DNA from: Thalassoroseus pseudoceratinae
GTDB taxonomy: Bacteria > Planctomycetota > Planctomycetia > Planctomycetales > Planctomycetaceae
Direction of reading: 5' to 3'
DNA length: 64,000 nt
Assembly: GCF_011634775.1 (NCBI RefSeq)
Contig: NZ_JAALXT010000001.1
Location: forward strand, 1,071,125 to 1,135,124
Positions 1 to 9,108 of this stretch are shown in pieces (position 1 is the first letter of the stretch; the number at the start of each line of letters is the position of its first letter). The notes under the pieces are model-generated. The model did not search any database and was not told the DNA's origin. It saw only the letters and a list, made by a program, of their open reading frames with translations. The translations under genes and the position numbers were made by a program.

Positions 1-385
1 GAGCAGCACGGAATAGTGTTTGCCGTCGGGTCGGAGGAACTGCACATCGCTGCCACCGTCTTCGCTACGACTGCGACGATCGTACGCTCCGCGAATATAG
101 GTGCGTTCGTCGCGTTCCCGCTTTTTGGCTCCGGCGGCGACGTTGTAATTCCGAACCGCTGGGCGAACCAGAAGCGTGAGTAGGGCATCGACCAAGGTGG
201 ATTTTCCCGAGCCGTTCTCACCGATTAAAAGCCCCGTTTGACCGTCGGGTTCCAAGCGGTAGACCAATCCACGACTCGCCGCCGAGGTGCTGTCGAAGGT
301 TCCCCAGTTGGTCAGTTCGAGATGATGGAGACGATATCCGAGTTGTGTGCCGACTTGATGTTCCTCTGTTTTAGTCATCACCATG
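1..385 (-). CDS. jetC: Wadjet JetC / MksB-like SMC-family ATPase, N-terminal fragment (gene continues beyond window start)
   Basis: Reverse-strand translation from ATG at 385 gives MVMTKTEEHQVGTQLGYRLHHLELTNWGTFDS...LLIGENGSGKSTLVDALL, a Walker A/P-loop typical of the SMC-like N-terminal head. No stop codon before position 1. Its start overlaps the stop of the upstream DUF4194 gene (TAA 371-373), and the gene order DUF3375-DUF4194-ATPase matches jetABC. Confidence 0.6.
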
Positions 386-1012
386 ATCGCGTTCGATCTC
401 CTTCTGATCTTGAACCGCCAGCAACCGGGCTTTTATTTTTTCGAGTTCCGCAACCGACAACCGCGCTTTGAGTATCCGCCGAATTTCCCACTCATTCGCA
501 TCTTTATCCAACCGGCGAATGAACTTGAGGTCTTCCAGTTTGCTCAACGAAGTTTCGAGCGACCGCGACAGCCGAACTTCGTCCGATTCGTGCGTGAAGA
601 ATGATTTCCAAATGTCAAAGACTCGATCCGTGGCAATCAGGCAGCGTTCGCCGTCAAGATCTTCGATCTCAAGTCGCCGCAGTTCCTCACGGAGTATCAC
701 GCACAACAGTGTGGCATCATAACTGAGCCGGGTCCGTCGAAAGAGTTTCGGCAGCTTGTCGTAACCGGTGGGAAGATCGCCATCGTCGTCGGCTTCCCAC
801 TGACGCACGTACGCAAAGCCTTCTGATTCATTCACGACCAGCCGTAGTCCCAAAGCGATTAGGTAGTTCTGCAATGGAGACTGATGACGGAGCAGGGCAT
901 CCCAGGCAGGGAGATCGTCGTGATAGACCGGCCCTTGCAACAGCTTCGCGGCAGCCAAATTCCAATCGCGAAACGCGGGAAGTTCAATTTCCGGCTCCAT
1001 GACTAATCCCAC
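371..1012 (-). CDS. jetB: Wadjet JetB / MksE-like (DUF4194-like) acidic protein
   Basis: 213-aa acidic protein translationally coupled on both sides: it overlaps the jetA stop by 10 nt and jetC starts 11 nt inside its 3' end. Size, charge and position between a DUF3375-like and an SMC-like ATPase gene fit JetB. Family assignment is from memory of the architecture, not a search. Confidence 0.5.
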   Translation of the reverse strand: MGLVMEPEIELPAFRDWNLAAAKLLQGPVYHDDLPAWDALLRHQSPLQNYLIALGLRLVVNESEGFAYVRQWEADDDGDLPTGYDKLPKLFRRTRLSYDATLLCVILREELRRLEIEDLDGERCLIATDRVFDIWKSFFTHESDEVRLSRSLETSLSKLEDLKFIRRLDKDANEWEIRRILKARLSVAELEKIKARLLAVQDQKEIERDHGDD

Positions 1013-2460
1013 TCCTTATGCGAAACGAAGGTGACTTCCGGCACGGTGATCTTCACAGGACGATTAATTTCCGGTAATTGGATCACCACGTCTTCGGAGC
1101 TTTCCGAATCGATCGTATGCCCGTCGTCATTGGCGATTTGCAGGTACGCCAACACGTCCAACACACCACCAGTCGGAGGATGCTCAACCAACAATTCCGC
1201 GAGTGTGGTGGGACCGTCATCTTTGACGGTTTGCCGAATCGTCTGCCGCAGAGCTGCGAAATCAATACGTTGCATCCGCGTGAACGATTCAAACTGCTTT
1301 TGCACCGCCTGCGAGTCAAGCACGGAATCGACCAAATCGACGACTTCAAATGTCGGCGGTGGCGTCCAGAACATGCGACTGGTGGGTGAAGACAGTGGGA
1401 TCGACTCGTCGATTTCCAGATAGAACACGTCTTCGAGCGGCTCGTCTTTGAGTTCGACCACCAAACCTTTGATCTCCTGCAACAACTCCGTGAGCTGCTG
1501 GTGTTCACGGCCGCTACGTTGATCGAGCAGTCGCCGGAGACTCGCTGACAAACGTCGCTCGGTCTGCATGACCTGGTTGGCTTCCGCGAGCAACACCGGC
1601 ACGATTTGCCGCAGCGTTTCCACTTCGTGCTTCGCGTCGGCCAAACTTGGCATGCGTTTCAATTCGCCCACGAGCGAACGCAATCGTTCTTGCTGGTCCG
1701 GCGTTTGGATCAGGCGAAAAAACGCGAAGAAACTGGCTCCGTGTTCGTCCTGGCGGAGCGAATCCTCAGCGGAGAGAGCATCTTCCAGAATCCCGCTGCG
1801 GGACCCCCACCCCTGGATTTGCCGCTGCTGCACATCACGGGCAATCTCCCGGAAACGCTCTTCGACAACCCGGAAATCCCGCTGAAGTTCCTTGAACACG
1901 GTCACCGCCCATGAGAACTGTTCTCGAATTCGGCTATCCGACCACTCGACGGGTTGCTCGGCAGTTTTGAGATACCGAATCTGTTCGTCGATCCGGTCGC
2001 GTTCGGCTTCGAGATGTTCAATGTGAACGGTGGGATCCGGCGACGAGCCGACCACGAGTTCTTCCAAGGTCTCGACGATATGGGTCAATCGAGTTTCCGG
2101 TCCGACAAAGTTCCCCGTGGTGTCCATGGTACGTTCGAGGAACTCGAAAACGGCTTCCGTTACCGGTGTGAGTTGATAATGTGGTTCGGAACGGTCGAAG
2201 TCTAACGTCCGTCTCAGCCACCGTTTTTCGTTGGAGCACCAATCCGCTAGGTATACTTCGGCTTTGTCACCGAAGGCTTTGGGAATTGAGTCTTGAAAAC
2301 TCCGGAGTGCCGCTAACAGGTCCGAATGGGGAATGACAATTCGGCCGCCACTTCGGAATTGATCGGAAAGAAATTGAACGACATACGGCGCATTCTGAGC
2401 CCGCAGAAGGCGAACTGCTGGTGAATGTTCAAAGTGGTCAATCAATTGTTCAAGCCGCAT
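1003..2460 (-). CDS. jetA: Wadjet JetA / MksF-like (DUF3375-like) kleisin-type subunit
   Basis: 485-aa protein, first gene of the minus-strand operon. Its N-terminus MRLEQLIDHFEHSPAVRLLRAQNAPYVVQFL resembles DUF3375 N-termini. It is followed by overlapping jetB and jetC. Confidence 0.55.
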   Translation of the reverse strand: MRLEQLIDHFEHSPAVRLLRAQNAPYVVQFLSDQFRSGGRIVIPHSDLLAALRSFQDSIPKAFGDKAEVYLADWCSNEKRWLRRTLDFDRSEPHYQLTPVTEAVFEFLERTMDTTGNFVGPETRLTHIVETLEELVVGSSPDPTVHIEHLEAERDRIDEQIRYLKTAEQPVEWSDSRIREQFSWAVTVFKELQRDFRVVEERFREIARDVQQRQIQGWGSRSGILEDALSAEDSLRQDEHGASFFAFFRLIQTPDQQERLRSLVGELKRMPSLADAKHEVETLRQIVPVLLAEANQVMQTERRLSASLRRLLDQRSGREHQQLTELLQEIKGLVVELKDEPLEDVFYLEIDESIPLSSPTSRMFWTPPPTFEVVDLVDSVLDSQAVQKQFESFTRMQRIDFAALRQTIRQTVKDDGPTTLAELLVEHPPTGGVLDVLAYLQIANDDGHTIDSESSEDVVIQLPEINRPVKITVPEVTFVSHKEWD

Positions 2461-2533
2461 GGTGCCCCATTATACGGGTTTTCCCACCAAGTCGAGCGAC
2501 AAAAATGATGAACAAACGAACAAAACCGACATT

Positions 2534-3223
2534 CTAGACGGTATTTACCGGGTTTTCCGCGTGTGTGTCGATCTTCCCATCGCGGACACGGAGCACTCGA
2601 TCGCCGTCTTCGATGTACCGTTGATCGTGTGTCACGACGACGACGGTGGCTTGCTGTTCCCGGTGGAGTTTCCGTAGGTATCCGAAAATCTCGGCTCCGG
2701 TTTGGCTATCAAGTTCGCCGGTCGGTTCATCGGCGAGCACGATTTGAGGGTCTTTCAGCAGTGCTCGGGCAATCGCGACACGTTGCTGTTCGCCGCCGGA
2801 CAGTTGGTTCGGTGTGTGATCGAGTCGATGTTCCAGCCCGACTTGCTTCAGCAGGGTTCGAGCGCGTTCGCGAAGTTCGGACGTGATCCCACGTGGCAAG
2901 AACGGCATCAATACGTTTTCGACGGCGTCCATCGTTTTCATCAGATTGAAACTTTGGAAGATGAATCCCACTTCCGTGCGGCGGTATTCATCGCGTTCGG
3001 CCGGTTCCATCTCCGAGAGCACACGTCCGCGGACACGAATCTCCCCCGAAGTGGGTTCGTCGAGTGCCCCGAGCAAATACAGTAACGTACTTTTCCCACT
3101 CCCCGATGGTCCCACGATGAATGTGAACGATCCCTCGGCGATCTCACAACTCAATCCCCGTAACGCTTGGACTTCGGTATCCCCTCGATGATGAATCCGC
3201 GTGACGTTGTTGACTTCGATCAT
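2534..3223 (-). CDS. ABC transporter ATP-binding protein (LolD/MacB/FtsE-like), stand-alone
   Basis: Walker A GPSGSGKST, ABC signature LSGGEQQRVAIARAL, Walker B IVLADEPTGELD. 229 aa. No permease gene adjacent. Confidence 0.85.
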   Translation of the reverse strand: MIEVNNVTRIHHRGDTEVQALRGLSCEIAEGSFTFIVGPSGSGKSTLLYLLGALDEPTSGEIRVRGRVLSEMEPAERDEYRRTEVGFIFQSFNLMKTMDAVENVLMPFLPRGITSELRERARTLLKQVGLEHRLDHTPNQLSGGEQQRVAIARALLKDPQIVLADEPTGELDSQTGAEIFGYLRKLHREQQATVVVVTHDQRYIEDGDRVLRVRDGKIDTHAENPVNTV

Positions 3224-3351
3224 GAGAGGTTTCGACTCCAGGCATCATTTTCATTGAGTATCATTCGCCACGCTTTGACAATTGCAGTATCCTAGACATC
3301 GGGCCGCCTAGGTTCCACTACGATCATCAATCTGAATGTGAGACGAACAAC

Positions 3352-5133
3352 GTGCGGAAATACAAGAATCTGAGATTACCGATCATCGTCTTCGCTGCGT
3401 ACGCAATTCTTGCGTATTCGTCTGTCACCTCTGCCGAAGACGAGGTTGCAACCAGCAAACTGCATGCGTTGTTCGAAGAGACCTGGGAACGCACGCTACG
3501 CGAGTTTCCCACGTTCGCCTCGGATTTGGGCGACTTGCGGTACAACGATCAATGGCGGGATGTCTCACTGGAATCGCTCGAGGAATACCACAAATATGAG
3601 GTCTCGGTACTCAAGCGGTTGAAAACCATCGACCCAAACAAACTATCGCCCGAAGACCGCATCAACTATCGGCTGTTTCAGCGGGAATACCAAGATAGCG
3701 TGGATGCGTGGAAGTATCGGTGGCATTTGGTTCCGCTCACGCAACGCGATGGCATTCAAGACGCCAGTTCGACGGCAGACGCACTTCGTTTCGAGACCGT
3801 CAAGGACTACGAAGACTGGATTGCCCGCATGAATGGCATGCTGACCTATATGGATCAGACCATTGTCCTCATGCAACGTGGTATCGAATTGAACATCGTT
3901 CACGCCCGTATTGTGATGGAGCGTGTGCCACACCAGATCGAACGACAAATCGTCGAGGATCCGACTAAAAGTCTGTTCTACAAACCATTCCGCAAGTTCC
4001 CGAAATCTATTCCGGCGGCCGAACAACAACGTCTTCGCACCCAAGCTCAGACCGCAATCCGCACAGCGGTTGTCCCGGCTTATGAGAAGATGCTCACGTT
4101 CTTCACCGATGAATACCTCCCCGCATGTTTCGACCGAGTTGGCGTTTGGCAGATTCCGCTAGGACAGGAATTCTACGCCCAACGCGCTCGAAAGTTCACA
4201 ACAACGGAACTCACACCGCAAGAGATTCACGACATCGGATTGAAGGAAGTGAAGCGAATTCGTGCGGAGATGGAAACGATCGTTAAGGAAGTTGGTTGGG
4301 AAGGCACGTTCGCGGAGTTCCTCACGCATCTCCGCACCGACGAAAAGTTCTACACCAATTCCCCAAACGAACTGTTGGAAGCTTATCAGGCGGTGTGTCG
4401 GCGGATTGATCCGGAGTTGCCGAAACTGTTCAAGAAACTGCCACGAATCCCGTATGGAATCGAAGCGATCCCCGCCCACATCGCTCCGGACACCACAACG
4501 GCATACTATCGGCCGCCGTCCGCCGATGGCCGCCGACCCGGCACGTACTTTGTGAATCTTTACAAACCGGAAGTGCGGCCCACTTACGAAATGGAAGCAC
4601 TCTCGCTTCACGAATCCGTGCCTGGGCACCACTTGCAAATCGCGCTGGCGATGGAACGTGGGGCGTTGCCGGAGTTTCGTCGCTATGGTGGATACACCGC
4701 GTTCGTCGAAGGTTGGGCCTTGTACGGCGAGAAGCTGGGATATGAACTCGGCATGTATGAGGACCCGTATTCCCGTTTTGGTCAACTTACCTATGAGATG
4801 TGGCGGGCGATTCGCTTGGTCGTGGACACCGGGATGCATTCCCTGAAATGGACTCGCCAGGATGCCATCGATTTGTTCAAAGAGAACACGGCGAAAACGG
4901 AACTGGATATCGTCAACGAAGTCGATCGTTACATCGCTTGGCCAGGCCAGGCGTTGGCGTACAAGATTGGCGAAATCCGCATCAGCGAACTTCGCAAACG
5001 GGCTGAACAGGAACTTGGCGACGAATTCGACATCCGCGAATTTCACGACGTCGTTCTTCGGAACGGAGCGGTCACCCTTGATGTGCTGGAACAAAATGTC
5101 GAGGCGTGGCTGAAAGAGACCTCGACTCGTTGA
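3352..5133 (+). CDS. DUF885-family secreted metallopeptidase-like protein
   Basis: N-terminal signal peptide (LPIIVFAAYAILAYSSVTSA) and the hallmark HESVPGHHLQ motif of DUF885. 593 aa. Confidence 0.75.
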   Translation: MRKYKNLRLPIIVFAAYAILAYSSVTSAEDEVATSKLHALFEETWERTLREFPTFASDLGDLRYNDQWRDVSLESLEEYHKYEVSVLKRLKTIDPNKLSPEDRINYRLFQREYQDSVDAWKYRWHLVPLTQRDGIQDASSTADALRFETVKDYEDWIARMNGMLTYMDQTIVLMQRGIELNIVHARIVMERVPHQIERQIVEDPTKSLFYKPFRKFPKSIPAAEQQRLRTQAQTAIRTAVVPAYEKMLTFFTDEYLPACFDRVGVWQIPLGQEFYAQRARKFTTTELTPQEIHDIGLKEVKRIRAEMETIVKEVGWEGTFAEFLTHLRTDEKFYTNSPNELLEAYQAVCRRIDPELPKLFKKLPRIPYGIEAIPAHIAPDTTTAYYRPPSADGRRPGTYFVNLYKPEVRPTYEMEALSLHESVPGHHLQIALAMERGALPEFRRYGGYTAFVEGWALYGEKLGYELGMYEDPYSRFGQLTYEMWRAIRLVVDTGMHSLKWTRQDAIDLFKENTAKTELDIVNEVDRYIAWPGQALAYKIGEIRISELRKRAEQELGDEFDIREFHDVVLRNGAVTLDVLEQNVEAWLKETSTR

Positions 5134-5134
5134 T

Positions 5135-6574
5135 TTACTGTTTCACGAGTTCGAAGGGGATTTCCCGGATCAATTCCGGAGCTGTGTAGTGTTCGCGAAG
5201 CGTGAAGCGAATGAGATACCGGCCCGGTGGGAAATCGTCTTCGAGCCGAAAGCCGATGCTGCTGTATGCGTGCGTTGACTCAAGCTGTCGGGAGAAATGG
5301 GCGGTGGTTGTTTCGTCCGGCGTTTTCCCATCAGCTTGCGGCGGAAAGAGCTTCCAATCGAGAATGAATCTCGGATGCGGTTGGGCAAATCGCACCATGA
5401 TTGTGACGACCTCACCGTGCGTGAACGTAGCCTCATCACCGAAAACGTGACGATGCCCCATCCGATGACCAACCTCGACGCGGTGCACATAGTCCGCGTA
5501 ATCGGGCTCGTAAGCGTCGATCATCGTCACCGCGTCGTCGGCGTCAATCTCGCGAAATTCAGAGGCATTCGGCTGACCGAAGAAGTCTTCGAACTTGTGT
5601 TTTCTCTGCCAGTGCAATCCATAGGCCACCACAAGACCAGCGACCATCACAAACGCCGCAAAACTCGCAGAGACCGCCAAAAATCGCTTTCGATCAGACG
5701 ACCGATCCGGAATCGAGGTCGCGTTCGTCGGCTGACGTCCACGGAGCCACATCAAATCCTGCTCGTTCAAAAAAGCGGACAGGGCGACCATCATTAATGG
5801 CGAGAAAATCTCCAGATGCATCGTGCCCCACAGCGACGCGTGGAACCAAATACCGCAACACAGCATCACTCGTCGCAGTTGAGGAATCCAAACGAGCACC
5901 GGAAACATGACTTCATAGAAGACCGTCAGTAGGCTTCCGATCATGAGCCATGTGGGATGCACCGCCAACCAATGGCCCAGGTATGTGCCGCCGTAGGCGT
6001 CGTCGAGTAGCGAGAACTCCAGCAAGTCTCCGGTGGCGAAGTCGGGCAGGCGGATTTTCGTGATCGCCGCCCCCCAATACACACCACAGACCAGAAGTTG
6101 CATCAACCGTCGGGGCCACACGGGTGACAGGGGCACGGCGGACAACCATCGCCGTCGCAACCAAGCATCAACCGACCAAACAGCCCCCGACTGCGTGAAC
6201 GCCAGAAACACGAACAGATGAATGGCAATCGCGTTGTACTTAGTGAGCGTTGAAATCGCATCCTGAAATACGAAACCGAGCACCAATGTCGCGGAGAGAA
6301 TCAGATTGAACCGCGTCCACCAACCGACCGCCACCGCCACCAACGAGACAAGCAACAGCGTGTGCAACACCACTGTGGTTGATGCGAAAAGCGTTATCTC
6401 GGGAAATCCGGGAAACGCTCTGACATTCCCGGCAACGGAATACAATTCGATCGTGGCCGGCCATTTCCGTGAGAACTCCCAAAGCAACACGGCAGCCAAA
6501 CCGATTCGCATCAGGGCACGCGGACGCGGACTTTCCACGGCGAATAGGAATCCTGTCACGGACGAGGCAGCCAT
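5135..6574 (-). CDS. HTTM-domain (vitamin K-dependent gamma-carboxylase-like) polytopic membrane protein with C-terminal soluble domain
   Basis: About 9 predicted TM helices in the first ~300 aa, with an N-terminal RIGLAAVLLWEF motif resembling HTTM. Last gene of a 3-gene minus-strand operon; it overlaps the upstream gene by 19 nt. Confidence 0.5.
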   Translation of the reverse strand: MAASSVTGFLFAVESPRPRALMRIGLAAVLLWEFSRKWPATIELYSVAGNVRAFPGFPEITLFASTTVVLHTLLLVSLVAVAVGWWTRFNLILSATLVLGFVFQDAISTLTKYNAIAIHLFVFLAFTQSGAVWSVDAWLRRRWLSAVPLSPVWPRRLMQLLVCGVYWGAAITKIRLPDFATGDLLEFSLLDDAYGGTYLGHWLAVHPTWLMIGSLLTVFYEVMFPVLVWIPQLRRVMLCCGIWFHASLWGTMHLEIFSPLMMVALSAFLNEQDLMWLRGRQPTNATSIPDRSSDRKRFLAVSASFAAFVMVAGLVVAYGLHWQRKHKFEDFFGQPNASEFREIDADDAVTMIDAYEPDYADYVHRVEVGHRMGHRHVFGDEATFTHGEVVTIMVRFAQPHPRFILDWKLFPPQADGKTPDETTTAHFSRQLESTHAYSSIGFRLEDDFPPGRYLIRFTLREHYTAPELIREIPFELVKQ

Positions 6575-7155
6575 TCCAACTCCCCATTCGGCCCGACAGC
6601 CGACTCATCGACGATCCGCCACGATTTCCGACGTGGATTCTCGGTCCCATACGCGGCTTCGTAGAGATCGTCCGGAAGATTGAATCTCACCGGCCAAAAT
6701 TGTTCCAAGAGAAACACATATGTCGGTGGATCGTCCGAGGATGCCGATGAACTTCGGAAGTCGGCCAGGGCGACTTCGGCTGCCTGTCGCAACGCATCGT
6801 CGTTACGGGGAAGATCGAGCCGACTGTGTGTTTTCTCGCTACCACGACGGTATTGCTGACGTCGACTCGGTAGGATCTGAAAATACTGTCCGCTCTGTGT
6901 TTCGACCAAAGCGATTCGCCGGGCAGACCATGACGGATAGTTCGGGAACATGTCCCAAGTGAAGAGGTAGGGGACCGGTCCACTGGCCGAATCACCGACT
7001 GCATGTCGTCCAAGAAACCAAAGCGACATTCCAAGATAGGCCAACATGACGGCAACGATGGCCGCTCGACGTGCGAATCTGAGGCATCTTTGAAGTCCAT
7101 TCACGATGCAGTCGCTCAAGCAAAGCGGAAGTCGGGAATGGCCAGTGTGAGACAA
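6556..7155 (-). CDS. hypothetical single-pass membrane protein
   Basis: 199-aa ORF with one hydrophobic helix (AAIVAVMLAYLGMSLWFL), 18 nt downstream of the coiled-coil gene and overlapping the HTTM gene. No family recognised. Confidence 0.4.
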   Translation of the reverse strand: MSHTGHSRLPLCLSDCIVNGLQRCLRFARRAAIVAVMLAYLGMSLWFLGRHAVGDSASGPVPYLFTWDMFPNYPSWSARRIALVETQSGQYFQILPSRRQQYRRGSEKTHSRLDLPRNDDALRQAAEVALADFRSSSASSDDPPTYVFLLEQFWPVRFNLPDDLYEAAYGTENPRRKSWRIVDESAVGPNGELEWLPRP

Positions 7156-7173
7156 CCGGCCATTGATTTGATG

Positions 7174-8034
7174 CTAATTCGATGCGGGAGCAGCCGAATT
7201 GCTGGCGACTTGCTGTTCGAGCGATTCGAGTTGCTCGATCAGATTCGCGATCTTGTCATCCGCTTGTTTGATCTGGCGACGAATCGCGTCCAATTCGAAC
7301 AGTTCCGCGTTCCGCTTTTCTTCTTCATCGGCCAACATGGCGACCAAACCAGGATCGTCGTCTTTACCTTCAAGCTGATCGACGCGGTTTTGCAAGATTG
7401 TTTTGGCGTCATCGACCTGAGCGGTCTGGGCTTGCAACTGCCGCAGTTTGTCTTGCCGTGCCCGGAGTGCTGTCACGCGATCGGTACGCAAGCGTGTCAA
7501 CTCGCTGGTGAATCGCGCAGGAATTTCGGATCGCAATCGCCATTCGCCGCTGGGTTGGACACCCGCGAGGTCTTCCGGCTCGACTTTCCACAACGGCTCG
7601 AATTGAGCTTGGTTATCATCGACTTGAACGGCTTGGAACACACCGACGTAGCGGGATTCGGTGCCATTATTGATCGTCATGAAGGCGTGCACGATCGGCA
7701 ACGGGGTGTTGGCATCGACACCGGCTCCCGGTGTCCCCAAACCTTGCAATCGTCCAACCTGAGCAAACATCTGACCTTGTGGATTGATGTTCACCTGGAC
7801 CGGATACCAAGTGTTGCCCCAGCCGATAGAAAGATCGTGAAGCTGGCTTTTCAACAGTTGAAATTCTTCTTCACTTTCGGCCAACGTCTTCTCGTTCGCG
7901 GCCACATCGTCTTGGGCTTTCTCGACCTTTTCCGCCCAAGAGTTTCGTACGTCAAACAGTTTTGCTGTCAGCACGCACGCACCGACCGCGCCGATGACGT
8001 TGAGCCACAGCAAAACCTTGCCGAGAGTATGCAT
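7174..8034 (-). CDS. hypothetical N-terminally anchored coiled-coil protein
   Basis: N-terminal TM/signal anchor (VLLWLNVIGAVGACVLTA) and long heptad-like C-terminal region (LRQLQAQTAQVDDAKTILQNRVDQLEG...). Preferred over the antisense 7003..8064 ORF because of operon context and protein-like composition. Confidence 0.5.
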   Translation of the reverse strand: MHTLGKVLLWLNVIGAVGACVLTAKLFDVRNSWAEKVEKAQDDVAANEKTLAESEEEFQLLKSQLHDLSIGWGNTWYPVQVNINPQGQMFAQVGRLQGLGTPGAGVDANTPLPIVHAFMTINNGTESRYVGVFQAVQVDDNQAQFEPLWKVEPEDLAGVQPSGEWRLRSEIPARFTSELTRLRTDRVTALRARQDKLRQLQAQTAQVDDAKTILQNRVDQLEGKDDDPGLVAMLADEEEKRNAELFELDAIRRQIKQADDKIANLIEQLESLEQQVASNSAAPASN

Positions 8035-8397
8035 CGGGTTCCCTGCCGGTTGATATCTGAGTGAATTCGAGGGGATTCTTCGTCGCTGGACTGAAACCGG
8101 TCCAACTCTTGACCAAGCGCAACTCGATTGGACGAGGCTTTGCGTCTTGTATTAAGTGTATGCCACACGTTTTTCGCCGGTCAAGCAGAAAGAGTTCGCC
8201 CAGATTGCTCAGTCCGAAAAACTCGAATTCTAACCCTTAATACCGAACTCTCTCCAATGTCCCAGGTTTCGACAGGCATTGGACCGCCATCGACACACAC
8301 CGTTGTGAAAAGAAGTATCGGCCACTCTTGGATTTCAGGCAGGTCAAATTCGCGAACCGCATTACAACCCGCATAAGCGGAGCGTGCTTGATCAGAG

Positions 8398-8985
8398 TCA
8401 GACCGCCGCATCCAGTGGTGTGACCGAATTACAATCGCTTTGGCAACATTTGCGAACGCAGCCCCCGTTCAAACGGTGAGCCCAGGCCAAACAGGCGGCT
8501 CCCAACACCGTCGGATGCTGCCACAACCAGCCCCAATACGGCACACTCGCCATTTGCATGTCGTCGTCTGACTCCTCAACGGGCGTCGCCGCACAACACG
8601 CATCGTGGCAACACGCCCCTGCCGCGGAAGCAACGGACGTCTCCGGAATCTGGCAACATTCATCACCCAGGAACGCGGAGTAGTTCATCACCAGCAGTCC
8701 ACACCCCGCCCACAGCAGGACAGCCGTTCGACGATGCTGCTTCCATCCGGGAACAAGCGTCAAAACGCCAACGGCAATTCCTAACAAAGCCATCGACTTG
8801 TGAAACCACGGGCTTGCGAGCGACGACAGTCCCCAACTCGGCAAACTGGTCAACAACACCGGCATAAGGATGCAGTGAATAATGCAGGCAATTGAAAGGA
8901 CAATTCCAGAAAGATTGGAGAGTGAACGGGCAGTCATGGCGGCTCCTTGCAACGCTGGGTATACGCAATGCGATAGAATAAACAA
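8398..8985 (-). CDS. Cys-rich MerC-like integral membrane protein (likely start at Met 8937)
   Basis: 4 predicted TM helices and an N-terminal SIACIIHCILMP motif reminiscent of the MerC metal-binding helix. Four vicinal Cys pairs (CCQIPE, ACCHDACCAAT, KCCQSDC) lie in a soluble loop/tail. Confidence 0.4.
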   Translation of the reverse strand: MFILSHCVYPALQGAAMTARSLSNLSGIVLSIACIIHCILMPVLLTSLPSWGLSSLASPWFHKSMALLGIAVGVLTLVPGWKQHRRTAVLLWAGCGLLVMNYSAFLGDECCQIPETSVASAAGACCHDACCAATPVEESDDDMQMASVPYWGWLWQHPTVLGAACLAWAHRLNGGCVRKCCQSDCNSVTPLDAAV

Positions 8986-9046
8986 TCGCTATCGACACTG
9001 CAACACATGTGCAATTACACAAAACACCGCAACTAACATCACGAGT

Positions 9047-9085
9047 CCACAAAAACAGCCCCCGAGTAAACATACTCGGGGGCTG
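9047..9085 (-). terminator. intrinsic (rho-independent) terminator downstream of ECF sigma gene
   Basis: Perfect 12-bp inverted repeat cagcccccgagt (9056-9067) / actcgggggctg (9074-9085) with a 6-nt loop. On the minus strand it is followed by TTTTTGT (plus-strand 9049-9055). It lies 24 nt after the sigma gene stop. Confidence 0.6.
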
Positions 9086-9108
9086 CGGAAGGGGTTAAGG
9101 ATTATCGA

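Noticed and set aside
7003-8064. 353-aa plus-strand ORF antisense to the coiled-coil gene
   Set aside because: Composition is the typical Leu/Arg/Phe-rich mirror of a coiled-coil coding region and carries no motifs. The minus-strand ORF has a signal anchor, heptad repeats and fits a same-strand operon.
8663-9073. 136-aa minus-strand ORF overlapping the MerC-like gene and extending across the terminator hairpin
   Set aside because: It reads through the sigma-gene terminator and overlaps a better ORF with TM helices in another frame. It is Cys-rich only because of shared sequence.
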